Shown in pieces: positions 31,509 through 41,184 of a stretch of DNA of 64,000 nucleotides. The stretch's first letter is position 1. Every line of letters starts with the position of its first letter. The notes below the pieces were generated by a model. That model made no database searches and was not told the DNA's origin. It saw only the letters and a program-made list of their open reading frames with translations. This stretch comes from an uncultured Patescibacteria group bacterium (GTDB lineage: Bacteria; Patescibacteriota; Microgenomatia; UBA10105; UBA927), in contig CAKZSU010000005.1 of the NCBI GenBank assembly GCA_937921305.1, positions 10,740 to 74,739 of the forward strand, read 5' to 3'. The translations under genes and the position numbers were made by a program.

Positions 31509-32275
31509 CAAACATTTTTTACTTTCTTTGCAACGATAGTCATAAACAGAGGAATTTCTGATCGGGCGAAGTCTTCCGCTTTCGCATATTTTCCTTCACT
31601 TTTTTTATCCGATGTCCATTCTTCGATGTGCGTGATGACAAATCCAGTTTCTCTCAAGCCAGTTACATATGCTGACAACGGTTGATGAAACGACCAGACG
31701 ATTGGTGATCGATGTTGTTTGCTTGGATGAATGGCGATGGGGATGTTTAGAGGAGAAAGATATCGATTCACGCGTCGATACTGAAGTTTATTTTGTTCGT
31801 CAAATCCCCAGCTGGTTTGTCGAGGAATGCGAAACATAGGGTGATTCAGAACGATAACAAATACTCCTCCCGAGTCAAGCGCGGTTGCCGCATGAAGGAA
31901 GACGTTTTTATATGATTCGATATTTTGCAGCGCAAGGATACACACCGCGCGTGCAACGGTTTTTCCTTGAAGAAAGATATATGGTTTCGTCGCATCCGCG
32001 ACAAGATATGTGTGATGATGACTCGTATCTTTCTTTTTTGCTTCCTGTATGAGCGTATTTGAAAGATCAAAACCAACATAATAAATGTCTTTTGGAATGG
32101 ATCGTCCAAAAGTTCCGGTTCCGCAGGCGATATCTAATACGCGGTCAGTTTTTTTCAAATGAAGTAAAGACAAGACTTTTGGAATGACAATAGCTTTATG
32201 AAAGTAATGTCCTTTCTCTTTGGTAAGCTCCGCATACCAATCTCCAATGTGGTCCCATGATGTTTTTGTTGACAT
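31502..32275 (-). CDS. Class I SAM-dependent methyltransferase
   Basis: VLDIACGTG, GFDLS, VADAT, NHPMF. Confidence 0.92.
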   Translation of the reverse strand: MSTKTSWDHIGDWYAELTKEKGHYFHKAIVIPKVLSLLHLKKTDRVLDIACGTGTFGRSIPKDIYYVGFDLSNTLIQEAKKKDTSHHHTYLVADATKPYIFLQGKTVARAVCILALQNIESYKNVFLHAATALDSGGVFVIVLNHPMFRIPRQTSWGFDEQNKLQYRRVNRYLSPLNIPIAIHPSKQHRSPIVWSFHQPLSAYVTGLRETGFVITHIEEWTSDKKSEGKYAKAEDFARSEIPLFMTIVAKKVKNVCG

Positions 32276-32298
32276 GTATGAATTGTATCGAATGAACG

Positions 32299-32338
32299 AA
32301 AGAAAATCACTCTTGCCTGTTTTTAATCGGCAAGAGTG
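32299..32338 (-). terminator. Intrinsic terminator of the small gene
   Basis: CACTCTTGCC-N11-GGCAAGAGTG followed by ATTTTCTTT. Confidence 0.7.
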
Positions 32339-32350
32339 GGATAGTGGGGA

Positions 32351-32500
32351 TTAGTTGGTTGAATCTTCTGCATTATCGTCGCGTGGTTCATCGGTGGTTG
32401 ACGCTCGAAGCGATTGTTCGAGTTGTTCTCGAGCCTTGATGTCCCTCCATATCTTGAGGATTGGCTCTTTTGTTGGTGTTGTGTTCCACAAAGTATCCAT
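32351..32500 (-). CDS. 49-aa small protein (not in ORF track)
   Basis: AAAGGAGGTGA SD before ATG; MDTLWNTTPTKEPILKIWRDIKAREQLEQSLRASTTDEPRDDNAEDSTN; terminator downstream. Confidence 0.7.
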   Translation of the reverse strand: MDTLWNTTPTKEPILKIWRDIKAREQLEQSLRASTTDEPRDDNAEDSTN

Positions 32501-32605
32501 AATTGTTCACCTCCTTTCATAAACTTTATGCGTTTATATAACCTTATCATATGTGAAAGAAAAGACAAGTCTAGCATCTCTTGACACTATTTGATATGAT
32601 AGAAT

Positions 32606-33238
32606 TTGTTTCCTGTGAAGACTCTATCGGAAATTATTTTTATTTTTGGTATTCGAGAGAGAAGAAAAATTCTCTTCAGTATTCAAGGATTTTATATTAT
32701 CTTCTCGTTTCTAATTCTTTTTGCTTTTTTTCAAGTATATCATGAAGGCGTTTTTTCGTCCAGTTTTTTATCCTTCAGTACAATTGCTGGGAAAATAGCG
32801 ATTGTGTTTTATCTTGCGTCGCTAGTTCCCGGCATCGCGAGACGGCTTCGAATGCATAATAAAATCATTGCGGTATTCATGATGTATCGTCGTCATATCG
32901 GCGTTGTCTCATTTTTCTTTATGCTCTACCACTATATGATGGAGCGGGGCGTGAATCTTATTCGTTTCGGTTTTCCTCGCGCGATTCCACTGACAGAATT
33001 TTTTGGTTCGATGGCGTTTTTTTTTGCGTTTTTGTTAACGGTTACATCGAATGATATCAGCACAAAAACAATGGGCATATGGTGGAAACGACTTCACGCG
33101 TTGACCTATGCGATGGTTTGGTTGATTTTGTTCCATGTGGTATTGCATAGGATAAGCGTGTGGGGAGTGTTATTATTTCTATTTGGAGCATTGGAGGGAA
33201 TATCTTTTATCTATCATAAATCGAAAAGAAAGATGTAA
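32606..33238 (+). CDS. Ferric reductase-like transmembrane protein (MsrQ-like)
   Basis: RRHIGV..F..L.H, TSND, WKRLHALTY...H heme-ligand pattern. Confidence 0.85.
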   Translation: MFPVKTLSEIIFIFGIRERRKILFSIQGFYIIFSFLILFAFFQVYHEGVFSSSFLSFSTIAGKIAIVFYLASLVPGIARRLRMHNKIIAVFMMYRRHIGVVSFFFMLYHYMMERGVNLIRFGFPRAIPLTEFFGSMAFFFAFLLTVTSNDISTKTMGIWWKRLHALTYAMVWLILFHVVLHRISVWGVLLFLFGALEGISFIYHKSKRKM

Positions 33239-33317
33239 ATCTATGAAGGATTATTTCTTTTCTCAAGTTTGAGAATAACAGGTAAATCTCCAGGCATATG
33301 ATGTTGCAGAGAGCCTT

Positions 33318-33823
33318 TCACAAATGGATGATTTTTATTTCTTTGTTTTGGGTTGAAGTATAGTCTTTCACGGTAAATCCTATTTCTTCAAGCATTCGCG
33401 TGAATTCTTCTCGTTCTTGATATAGACCTCTTGTATAAATATCCACAATGATTACAGATCCTTCATTTTGGAGAATTCTATGAATGGCTCTAAACCAGTG
33501 TGGTTTTTGAGCTATAGATCCTATGTTTCTCATCCATATCTCGCTTGCTTGATTTTCATATTCTTCCATTACTGTTGGATCCTCAATGGATTTTTGTATG
33601 CCACGATAATACGTGGGGAAACTACTTATTCTCTCTAGAGCAGGATCAATACAAAGGTATCTGCAGTCTTGGTAGCGTCCAGATTCGAATTCTCTAATTG
33701 TTTGTCGATGTGTTATTCCTGCGCCTACATCTTCCGATGCACTTCAATAATGAGCTTTGGTCTCTTATCTCTTAATGCTTCCCATTGATGATTTTCTTGT
33801 ATTGGTTGTTGTTCTGGCGACAT
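33318..33823 (-). pseudogene. Frameshifted class I methyltransferase-like gene
   Basis: MSPEQQ...LIIEV, then a shift into EDVGAG..YLCID..IHRILQNEGSVIIVD..LEEIGF. Confidence 0.5.
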
Positions 33824-33889
33824 AAGTAAATTTCAATACTAGTATAGCATTTATTATTTTTCATGAAATGATGTAGAATAAAAACATAT

Positions 33890-34459
33890 ATGATCCTCTC
33901 TGATCGAGATATAAAAAAAGCGCTTCAAGAGAAAAAAATCGTTATTGACCCGTTTCCTGATTTAGGGGTTCAGCTTGGATCGTGTTTGTTGGATTTGCGA
34001 CTAGGCGATCGATTTCGCGTGTTTAATCATAGTAAAACGCCATATCTTGACCCGCAAGATCCGAAAACGCTTCAGGATGTCACTACTGAAATTCAGGTAA
34101 AAGAAGGAGAAGCGTTTACGTTGCATCCTGGAGAATTTGTTTTGGCGGTTACAAAGGAATATATAGAAATGCCTGACGATCTCACAGGAAAGCTTGAAGG
34201 GAGATCGTCTATTGGACGGCTTGGGATTGTTATTCATTCAACCGCCGCAAATATCGAGTGCGGGTTTCGCGGAAATATTACGCTAGAACTCGCGAATATG
34301 GGAAGAATTCCTGTGATGCTTCATTCTGGCATGCGGATTTGCTCTATTTCTTTTGAGCAATTGACGACTCCGGCCGATATTCCGTATTATAAAAAGAAGA
34401 CGGCAAAGTATGTGGGGCAGAATGCTCCGTTGGCAAGCAAAATTGCTGAAGAACGATAA
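33890..34459 (+). CDS. dcd: dCTP deaminase
   Basis: MILSD, DLRLG, EGRSSIGRLG, GFRGNITLE. Confidence 0.96.
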   Translation: MILSDRDIKKALQEKKIVIDPFPDLGVQLGSCLLDLRLGDRFRVFNHSKTPYLDPQDPKTLQDVTTEIQVKEGEAFTLHPGEFVLAVTKEYIEMPDDLTGKLEGRSSIGRLGIVIHSTAANIECGFRGNITLELANMGRIPVMLHSGMRICSISFEQLTTPADIPYYKKKTAKYVGQNAPLASKIAEER

Positions 34460-34515
34460 ACATTTTTTCTATTTGACTTTTATAAATCAGATAGTGCATT
34501 ATAAATAATAAATAT

Positions 34516-35286
34516 ATGCTTGAATCAATAATTTCTTGGATACTGCTTTTGGGGTTAGGACTAAAGACTCCACATGAGTTTCCTTCCGTGTTGGGCGACC
34601 AAGATGTCGTGGTTCAATCAACAAGTAATACAGAAGAACAACAGGTTGATTCATTGTTAATCGTGAATACGCAGCGTCAAGAAAAAAATGCTGATACTAA
34701 CCGAATGCGAAAACAACAAGAAGAAAAACCTCAAAAACTGATGCCTGTCATGATACAAGAACAACAAAAAAATAGGGCAGAATTCCAATTGGATATTCAA
34801 GCAAAACGAGAACAGGCGAAGCAGGAAGCTGAAGCAAGGCGAGAATCGTTTCGTAAGCGCCTTGAGAGCATGAAAGATGAGCAAAGGAAAGAGGTTATTA
34901 CTCGAATCGATCAACAATTGTCTGATATAAACACAAGACGGACACAACAAATGTCTGAACGAATAGCTCGGATAGAGAACATGTTGGAGATGTTGATTGA
35001 AAAAGTGAATCGACTAGAATCAGAAGGAAAAGATGGTTCTTCGGTAAAATCGGCGATTGCGCCGGCTCAGGCGGCGTTATCTGTCGCGAAGACGGCGGTA
35101 GAACAACAAGCAAAAAAAGAATACATCATTGGAATCACTATGGAAAGTAGAGTAAGAGAAGATGTTAAACGAACGCTTGATCAGATGCGGAAAGATCTTA
35201 AGTCAACACATGACGCACTAGAGCAAGCGAGAAGTAGTCTTATTTCTGCGGCTCAAGCAGTCGCAATGATTGAGGAGAAAGAATAG
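34516..35286 (+). CDS. Exported coiled-coil protein
   Basis: N-terminal hydrophobic segment, long E/K/Q/R-rich helices. Confidence 0.8.
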   Translation: MLESIISWILLLGLGLKTPHEFPSVLGDQDVVVQSTSNTEEQQVDSLLIVNTQRQEKNADTNRMRKQQEEKPQKLMPVMIQEQQKNRAEFQLDIQAKREQAKQEAEARRESFRKRLESMKDEQRKEVITRIDQQLSDINTRRTQQMSERIARIENMLEMLIEKVNRLESEGKDGSSVKSAIAPAQAALSVAKTAVEQQAKKEYIIGITMESRVREDVKRTLDQMRKDLKSTHDALEQARSSLISAAQAVAMIEEKE

Positions 35287-35292
35287 TTTTGT

Positions 35293-35619
35293 ATGAAAAA
35301 CGTTGATATAACGAAAATTCTTATTATTGTATTTGGTGTGACATTTGTCCTCATTGGGGGACTTTTTGTGTATCAATCATTTATTGTTTCATCTCGACCG
35401 GCAAATCAACAAACTCAAAAAGATGTCATGAAAGAGTATAATATGCTTGACCAATCAGAGATGCTAAATGGTCCAGATACAGGTTTTCCTGCAAAAGCAG
35501 AAAATTCTAATAAAGAGTCAATGCTTGATACAAATCAGATACTTCAATCATTAGAAGAGGAGATTGAGGATCCAACAGTAGATCTTCAATCCATCGAACA
35601 AGAACTTCAAAGACTTTAA
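35293..35619 (+). CDS. Membrane-anchored hypothetical protein
   Basis: Single TM, acidic tail; co-oriented with the upstream gene. Confidence 0.75.
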   Translation: MKNVDITKILIIVFGVTFVLIGGLFVYQSFIVSSRPANQQTQKDVMKEYNMLDQSEMLNGPDTGFPAKAENSNKESMLDTNQILQSLEEEIEDPTVDLQSIEQELQRL

Positions 35620-35664
35620 ATTATTTTGGGACTTGACCTTTGGTGGTTAAATACTTAGTAAATA

Positions 35665-37449
35665 TTATTTTACCGTCACACTTTTCGCTAAATTTCTGGG
35701 CATATCAGGATCAAATCCGCGAATAACCGCAAGGTGATAGCCGAGTATTTGGCCTACAACAACTTGTGGAATGATGGTTGCTTCTTCTGCGTCATCCACA
35801 TGGATATAAGTATCGAATAATTCGTGCTTTTTGTACGAAACGCCGATGATGTGTCCGCCTCGCGCTTTCATTTCCATTGCGCCGGCGAGATTTGCTGAAT
35901 AGGTTTCATCGTTTGGGAGAAACGCGATGCATGGCGTGCCTTGTTCTACGAGGGCGAGCGGTCCGTGTTTCAATTCTCCCGCGGGAAGTCCTTCTGCGTG
36001 AATATAGGAAACTTCTTTGATTTTTAATGCTGTTTCCAGTGACGCGGGATAGGAAAGTCCTCGTCCGATTACATATATATGCTCTTTTTTTTCGATACCT
36101 TCCGCAATCGCTTCTATTCGTTCAAGCGATCGTTTTTTGAGAAGGCTGTTCACTGCCAGCGCTGCTTTTTTCACTAGAGCTGTTCCGCGATCAGGATCGT
36201 CTGCCAGCGCTGTTGCGAGAAGAATGAGGTGCGCTAGTTTTGCCGTAAACGCTTTTGTCGACGCGACGCCTTTTTCAGGTCCCGCGGAAAGAAGAATAGC
36301 GTGATCTGCCTCTCGATATAATGTTGATCCCATCACATTTACTAACGCCACAATAAGCGCGCCTTTTGCTTTTGCTTGTTTTACCGCTTCGAGCGTATCC
36401 ATTGTCTCTCCAGATTGCGAAAGAGCGATCACAAGGCTTTTTTTTGTCAGGAAATCTTGTTGATACGAAAATTCACTGCCAATAGCCCAATTCATGTGTC
36501 GTTTTGCGATTTTGGAAAATAGATAAGTTCCGGCGAGGCACGCGTACGCTGCGCTGCCACAGCCAATCATGTATCCACCGTATGACGAAGCGATAATGGC
36601 TGCTAGTTTTTTTACGTCAGAAACGCTATGTTCTGCGATAGTTGCCAGAATCTCTGGTTGTTCATGAATTTCTTTGATCATGTAATGTGGGTATGTTCCT
36701 TTTTCCGCTTGCGAGATCGACCATGAAAGGCGTTGAATCGTTGGGTCTATGTGTTTTCCTGTCTTCGCTTCATAGAGAGACATTTTCTCATCTTGTATGA
36801 CGGCCATTTCGCCGTCTTGCAAAAAGTGAACCTCGGATGTGTGAGGAAGAATAGCTGATGCGTCACTTGCTAACACATGTTCATTGTTTCCAACTCCAAT
36901 AACAAGTGGCGAGCCATTTCGGACAGCCACAAATTTTTGTTCTATTGATGAAATGGCGATAATAGCGTTGAATCCTTCGAACATATTAAAGGCTTTCCGG
37001 ACAGCTTTATCAAAAGGCATAGTTTTTATGTATTCTTCAATGAGATGCGCGGCAACTTCCGTGTCTGTTTCAGATGCAAATATATGTCCTTTTTTTATGA
37101 GGTCTCGTTTGAGAGTTTCATAATTTTCTATGATGCCATTGTGAATGACGGAGATTGTGTTTGAACAGTCGAGGTGTGGATGAGCGTTCTGTTCCGTTAT
37201 GCCTCCATGCGTCGCCCAGCGCGTGTGTCCAAACGCGAACGAAGACGGTGGCATATCGTCAATAGTCGCGTTTCCTATTTTCCCTGTTTGTTTTTTTACG
37301 ATAATTTCAGTTTTATGAGATGTTTTTTGTTGAGGTACAGCGGCGATTCCCCACGAGTCATATCCGCGATACTCCAATCGTTTTAATCCTTCAAGCACGA
37401 TTGTTGGGGCATTTTGTTTTGTTCCAATATATCCAAAGATACCGCACAT
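35665..37449 (-). CDS. glmS: Glutamine--fructose-6-phosphate transaminase
   Basis: MCGI, LEYRGYDS, GHTRWATHG, SQSGET, PRNLAKSVTV. Confidence 0.99.
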   Translation of the reverse strand: MCGIFGYIGTKQNAPTIVLEGLKRLEYRGYDSWGIAAVPQQKTSHKTEIIVKKQTGKIGNATIDDMPPSSFAFGHTRWATHGGITEQNAHPHLDCSNTISVIHNGIIENYETLKRDLIKKGHIFASETDTEVAAHLIEEYIKTMPFDKAVRKAFNMFEGFNAIIAISSIEQKFVAVRNGSPLVIGVGNNEHVLASDASAILPHTSEVHFLQDGEMAVIQDEKMSLYEAKTGKHIDPTIQRLSWSISQAEKGTYPHYMIKEIHEQPEILATIAEHSVSDVKKLAAIIASSYGGYMIGCGSAAYACLAGTYLFSKIAKRHMNWAIGSEFSYQQDFLTKKSLVIALSQSGETMDTLEAVKQAKAKGALIVALVNVMGSTLYREADHAILLSAGPEKGVASTKAFTAKLAHLILLATALADDPDRGTALVKKAALAVNSLLKKRSLERIEAIAEGIEKKEHIYVIGRGLSYPASLETALKIKEVSYIHAEGLPAGELKHGPLALVEQGTPCIAFLPNDETYSANLAGAMEMKARGGHIIGVSYKKHELFDTYIHVDDAEEATIIPQVVVGQILGYHLAVIRGFDPDMPRNLAKSVTVK

Positions 37450-37543
37450 AAACGATTGCTACTGTATAGCTTTTGTCAAAGATCGTCAATAGTTCAAGAT
37501 TTCTATTTTTGATTGTGAAGCAATGGTATACTCACTTCATTTT

Positions 37544-37630
37544 TAGATGCTGAAATGAGTTCAATGTGACGCGGGTATGTTATTGTTGAATCTCGATATT
37601 ATCATCCTGAATGTGATTCAAGATCTGGAG
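37544..37630. repeat. Palindromic REP/RPE-like element copies
   Basis: TAGATGCTGAAATGAGTTCAATGTGAC and ATCATCCTGAATGTGATTCAAGATCTGGAG, close to the 14496-14591 arms. Confidence 0.7.
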
Positions 37631-37726
37631 GGTGTCAAAGAAGTAAAATTGCTCTCTACGAAAACTTCCTCTTGACGCGGAGCTAAAGGTTTATTAACAA
37701 CAGGAAGGGGTGAATACATTTTTATT

Positions 37727-40700
37727 ATGGAACGAGAACGGAGACCAGATTTACACCATGAATCATTCCATGAATCATTGCGAACATTTCTTGGATCTCC
37801 TTCTGTTCAGCATGTGAAAGATATCTACGGTGTTGATATTTGGGTAGAGTTTCGTTCTGATAATATTGCTTGTCTTACTTATCAAAGACATGACAATCCT
37901 AATACTCCCTCTGAGTTTCCATTGTTTGGCATGGAGCGTTCTCTTGGCGCTGTTATCATTCCTTCTTCTGCTGCGGAGGATATTGCTGAGGTTCAGCGGA
38001 GAATTGGCGCCTCTGAGTCTCGGAGAGCGGTGGTTTCATACAATGAGCTTTCCTATTGGAATGAGTTTTATAAACAGATAGTTGAACAAGGTATTTTGCG
38101 TCGTGTTGGAGAAAAATCGTTGATTGGGTTTAGCGGATTAGAGCGAACGACGCCAGAACAACACGAAAAACTTTGGATATCTATCACGTCGCTTTTTTCC
38201 AATCCAGAAGTAAAGCGCTATATAGAACGCAACGGAGCGATACTAGAATTTTCTTCTCGAGATGGAGATGAAACAGGACTTGATGGTGTATTTTATTCCC
38301 GGAAAGAGAAGCGTGCGTTTCATCCAGTTCCGCTGTTCGCGGTAAGAAGAGCATATTTACAAGGCGAGATACTTATCAAATCTGTGCTTCTTGATCCAAT
38401 TCCAGTAATTGGCATGGTGATTCGAAAACCCGGCGAAACAGAGCGATCTGCATGGGAGCGCGCGTGGCGGATTGAAGAATCTTTTTTGAAGGAGGGTAAT
38501 AGCGTTGCGGTATTGCTGATTAGCGACGGTCAGGTCAGTCTTATGAATAAATTAGGGTGTATTGCTCCAGTTCGCGCTTATGACAAACAAGCGGAAGATC
38601 AACTTCCTCTTTCGGATGTTTTACGATTTTTATATCTTGGAAAAAGCAATATTCATCCAGGAATTCTTGCAACAAGAGAATATGGCATGTCGCTTCCTCG
38701 TGTGCTTGATGGATCTGGCATTGATTTAATTTTTCAAAGACGCGATAAAAACGGAAGAATTCATCTCGTTCCGATTGATAATGTTCTTGTCCATAATCTA
38801 GGAAAAAGAAAAAGAGGAGGACAACAATCTCAAGATTTTATGCCGCAGTCTAGCGTGATAGGGATTACGGTTGTTCCCGAAAAGACAGATCCCAAAGATA
38901 TTGCAAAACTAGGGAAGGAGTTGGTAGCGAGTTTGCGTCGCTATTTTCCTGTTTCTTTAGATGCGACAGTTCTTATGCTTACTCCTTCGTTGTTTGAGGA
39001 ATGGAAACGACGAGGCACGCTTTTTCTTCCAACAGAAGAGCTGGATCGTGTATTAAAGGAGACGCCAAGATCTCAGGCGCGCGAGTATGGGTACGACACA
39101 ACCGGAAAGAATGGAAAGGAAGGCATGACCATTTCTTATGTTGAATTTATTCTCATTTGGAGGGGGCCAAAAATTGGCGACATGCAGTACATGGTGATCG
39201 AGCATTATCACGATGGATCAGTGATTGTTCACGATGGAGATTGTGGCTCTGTGCATAAAAATGTTCCCGAGATGATGAAGGATATTACAGGACGGCAGGG
39301 TCTTGCTACATTAGTTCGTCAAAAACTTGATACAGGCGAACTTTCTATGTATCCGGGAAGAATTCCTCTTCCATATCTTCTTGCTTCTACAGCATACTGG
39401 CCGGCGTTGACGAAATCAGGTGGATGTCCAAGTGTTCGATATGTTCGCGCAGAGCTCTATCGACGAAGCAATCCTGATGACCTCGCGCAAATTATAGGGA
39501 AAGAAAAAGCAGGTATCATTTTCCAGTATGGAGAAATAGATAGTCGTGTACATCAGGATAAACGTTTTGAACGAGGGATTATTGCCCTTTCTCACGCACA
39601 TGATGATCACGATGGAAACATTGGGATGCTTGATGGTCCGTTAATTGGAATATGGCAGACAATCGCGCATGAACGGGCAAAGTCAAATCATGCGCCGACA
39701 TTTCAAGATCGAACAGACAGAATCGCTCGTGTTGATACGGCGATAGCGAAAGGGGGAAAAAGATCTTACGACGCAGAACCGCGAACGATGTTCCCTATAT
39801 TCATTCAGGGGGAAGAAGTTCGGATTAGTCAACATATTAGTGTTAGGTTTTATTTTGTTGATCATAGTATTGAAGCGTCGTGGGTAGGGTGGCATACACC
39901 GTTTGGCAATGTGCTATTTTTGGGCGATATGCAGCCTGGACCATGGACAACGGATGCTATTCAGGCAGCATCAGGTCAGGAATATCTATATTATATTGCT
40001 GAAGCGACAAATCCTCCCGATACAGAAAAAGCGTCTGCGCATATATCTCCGGAGCACGTGTATGACAATATGGTTCGCATTATGTCTCGCGAGAATTCGA
40101 GAAATAATCTTATTGTTATTCAGGCTCCTCCAAACCATCTTGATCGTCTTCGATTAATCGCGGAAGCATGCAGACATCCATCGGTGAATCGCCGATTGGT
40201 TGTCGGGTATCGCGCCGCTGATATTATCGAACATCTTCGAAGCGCAAAGTTGACAAGTCCATTATATGCCTATGGAAGGGATGATGTATTTACCCCACGA
40301 ATTGGGATAGAGTATAGTTTATATACAAAACCGCTGGCAACAATTCGTCCATGGCAACGGTATCTTGAAAATATCGCTCGTCAAGTAAGCGCTGATGGAG
40401 CGATTGATATATGGAAATTGCAACAAGTGGCAGGTGATGTTGCGCTTGTTTTATCTGTCTATGATTCTCCTTATAAACAGTTGAGCGGCGGGTCTTTTCC
40501 TGGAGTTATTGGTATTCGTTCGTCGCCATTTCCCTATCAATCAAAAGATAAGGAGCGAGAGTTTGCTGCTCGATGGTATTTTGGGAAGGAAGACGGGACA
40601 TATTATGCGAGTCATACATTATTTGGCGATGGGTGGCGTGCGAAATATACAGGAGATATAGCACATGGGCTTCATAGTGGTGGACATGGAACGTTTTTAG

Positions 40701-40930
40701 AAATGATGGAAATTCAAAAGCAGTTGATTGTGAATAATCCACATTGGCAAAGAGGAGGTGTGGTTACGATATGTTATGTCCATGGACTTCACACCAGAAT
40801 ATATGCGAGAAAAGCTAAAGAGTGGTTTCAATCGCAGGGAATAGATCGAGTGAGATGTGTTGGAGAATTTGATCATTATCGTCCAGACGATCCCTTTCGA
40901 TATCCTGGGCATCGGATTGTATTGCGATAA
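37727..40930 (+). CDS. RNase J-like metallo-beta-lactamase/beta-CASP protein with large unknown N-terminal region
   Basis: DCG, SHAHDDH, DHS, GD, EAT, HSGGH and VHG motifs in order in the C-terminal ~600 aa. Confidence 0.8.
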   Translation: MERERRPDLHHESFHESLRTFLGSPSVQHVKDIYGVDIWVEFRSDNIACLTYQRHDNPNTPSEFPLFGMERSLGAVIIPSSAAEDIAEVQRRIGASESRRAVVSYNELSYWNEFYKQIVEQGILRRVGEKSLIGFSGLERTTPEQHEKLWISITSLFSNPEVKRYIERNGAILEFSSRDGDETGLDGVFYSRKEKRAFHPVPLFAVRRAYLQGEILIKSVLLDPIPVIGMVIRKPGETERSAWERAWRIEESFLKEGNSVAVLLISDGQVSLMNKLGCIAPVRAYDKQAEDQLPLSDVLRFLYLGKSNIHPGILATREYGMSLPRVLDGSGIDLIFQRRDKNGRIHLVPIDNVLVHNLGKRKRGGQQSQDFMPQSSVIGITVVPEKTDPKDIAKLGKELVASLRRYFPVSLDATVLMLTPSLFEEWKRRGTLFLPTEELDRVLKETPRSQAREYGYDTTGKNGKEGMTISYVEFILIWRGPKIGDMQYMVIEHYHDGSVIVHDGDCGSVHKNVPEMMKDITGRQGLATLVRQKLDTGELSMYPGRIPLPYLLASTAYWPALTKSGGCPSVRYVRAELYRRSNPDDLAQIIGKEKAGIIFQYGEIDSRVHQDKRFERGIIALSHAHDDHDGNIGMLDGPLIGIWQTIAHERAKSNHAPTFQDRTDRIARVDTAIAKGGKRSYDAEPRTMFPIFIQGEEVRISQHISVRFYFVDHSIEASWVGWHTPFGNVLFLGDMQPGPWTTDAIQAASGQEYLYYIAEATNPPDTEKASAHISPEHVYDNMVRIMSRENSRNNLIVIQAPPNHLDRLRLIAEACRHPSVNRRLVVGYRAADIIEHLRSAKLTSPLYAYGRDDVFTPRIGIEYSLYTKPLATIRPWQRYLENIARQVSADGAIDIWKLQQVAGDVALVLSVYDSPYKQLSGGSFPGVIGIRSSPFPYQSKDKEREFAARWYFGKEDGTYYASHTLFGDGWRAKYTGDIAHGLHSGGHGTFLEMMEIQKQLIVNNPHWQRGGVVTICYVHGLHTRIYARKAKEWFQSQGIDRVRCVGEFDHYRPDDPFRYPGHRIVLR

Positions 40931-41184
40931 CTGTTTTTTTATCGTGAATCCATTTAAAATTTTTTGTTATGTTGAATGCTTTTAAGATTTAATAAAGAGT
41001 ATTACCTGCTTTTGCAGTCATTAGATCTTGAAGCAGGTTTAGGATGGCAGAACATACTAAGTCTATTTCAACATCGCTCTCTATTATACTGAATGTAGTT
41101 CAGTATATGAAAATGGTTAAACGAAATGCTTTTCTTCGAGATTCTCCAGATACTAAACGACGCGCATGATGATACTATGAGAAT

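Noticed and set aside
33570-35580. 18-nt inverted match ATTGAGGATCCAACAGTA at 33570-33587 and 35563-35580
   Set aside because: Both copies lie inside coding or pseudo-coding sequence with no element boundaries; one such match is plausible by chance in 64 kb.
37450-37720. glmS ribozyme upstream of glmS
   Set aside because: No recognisable ribozyme core; the gap is occupied by promoter-like sequence and palindromic repeats.
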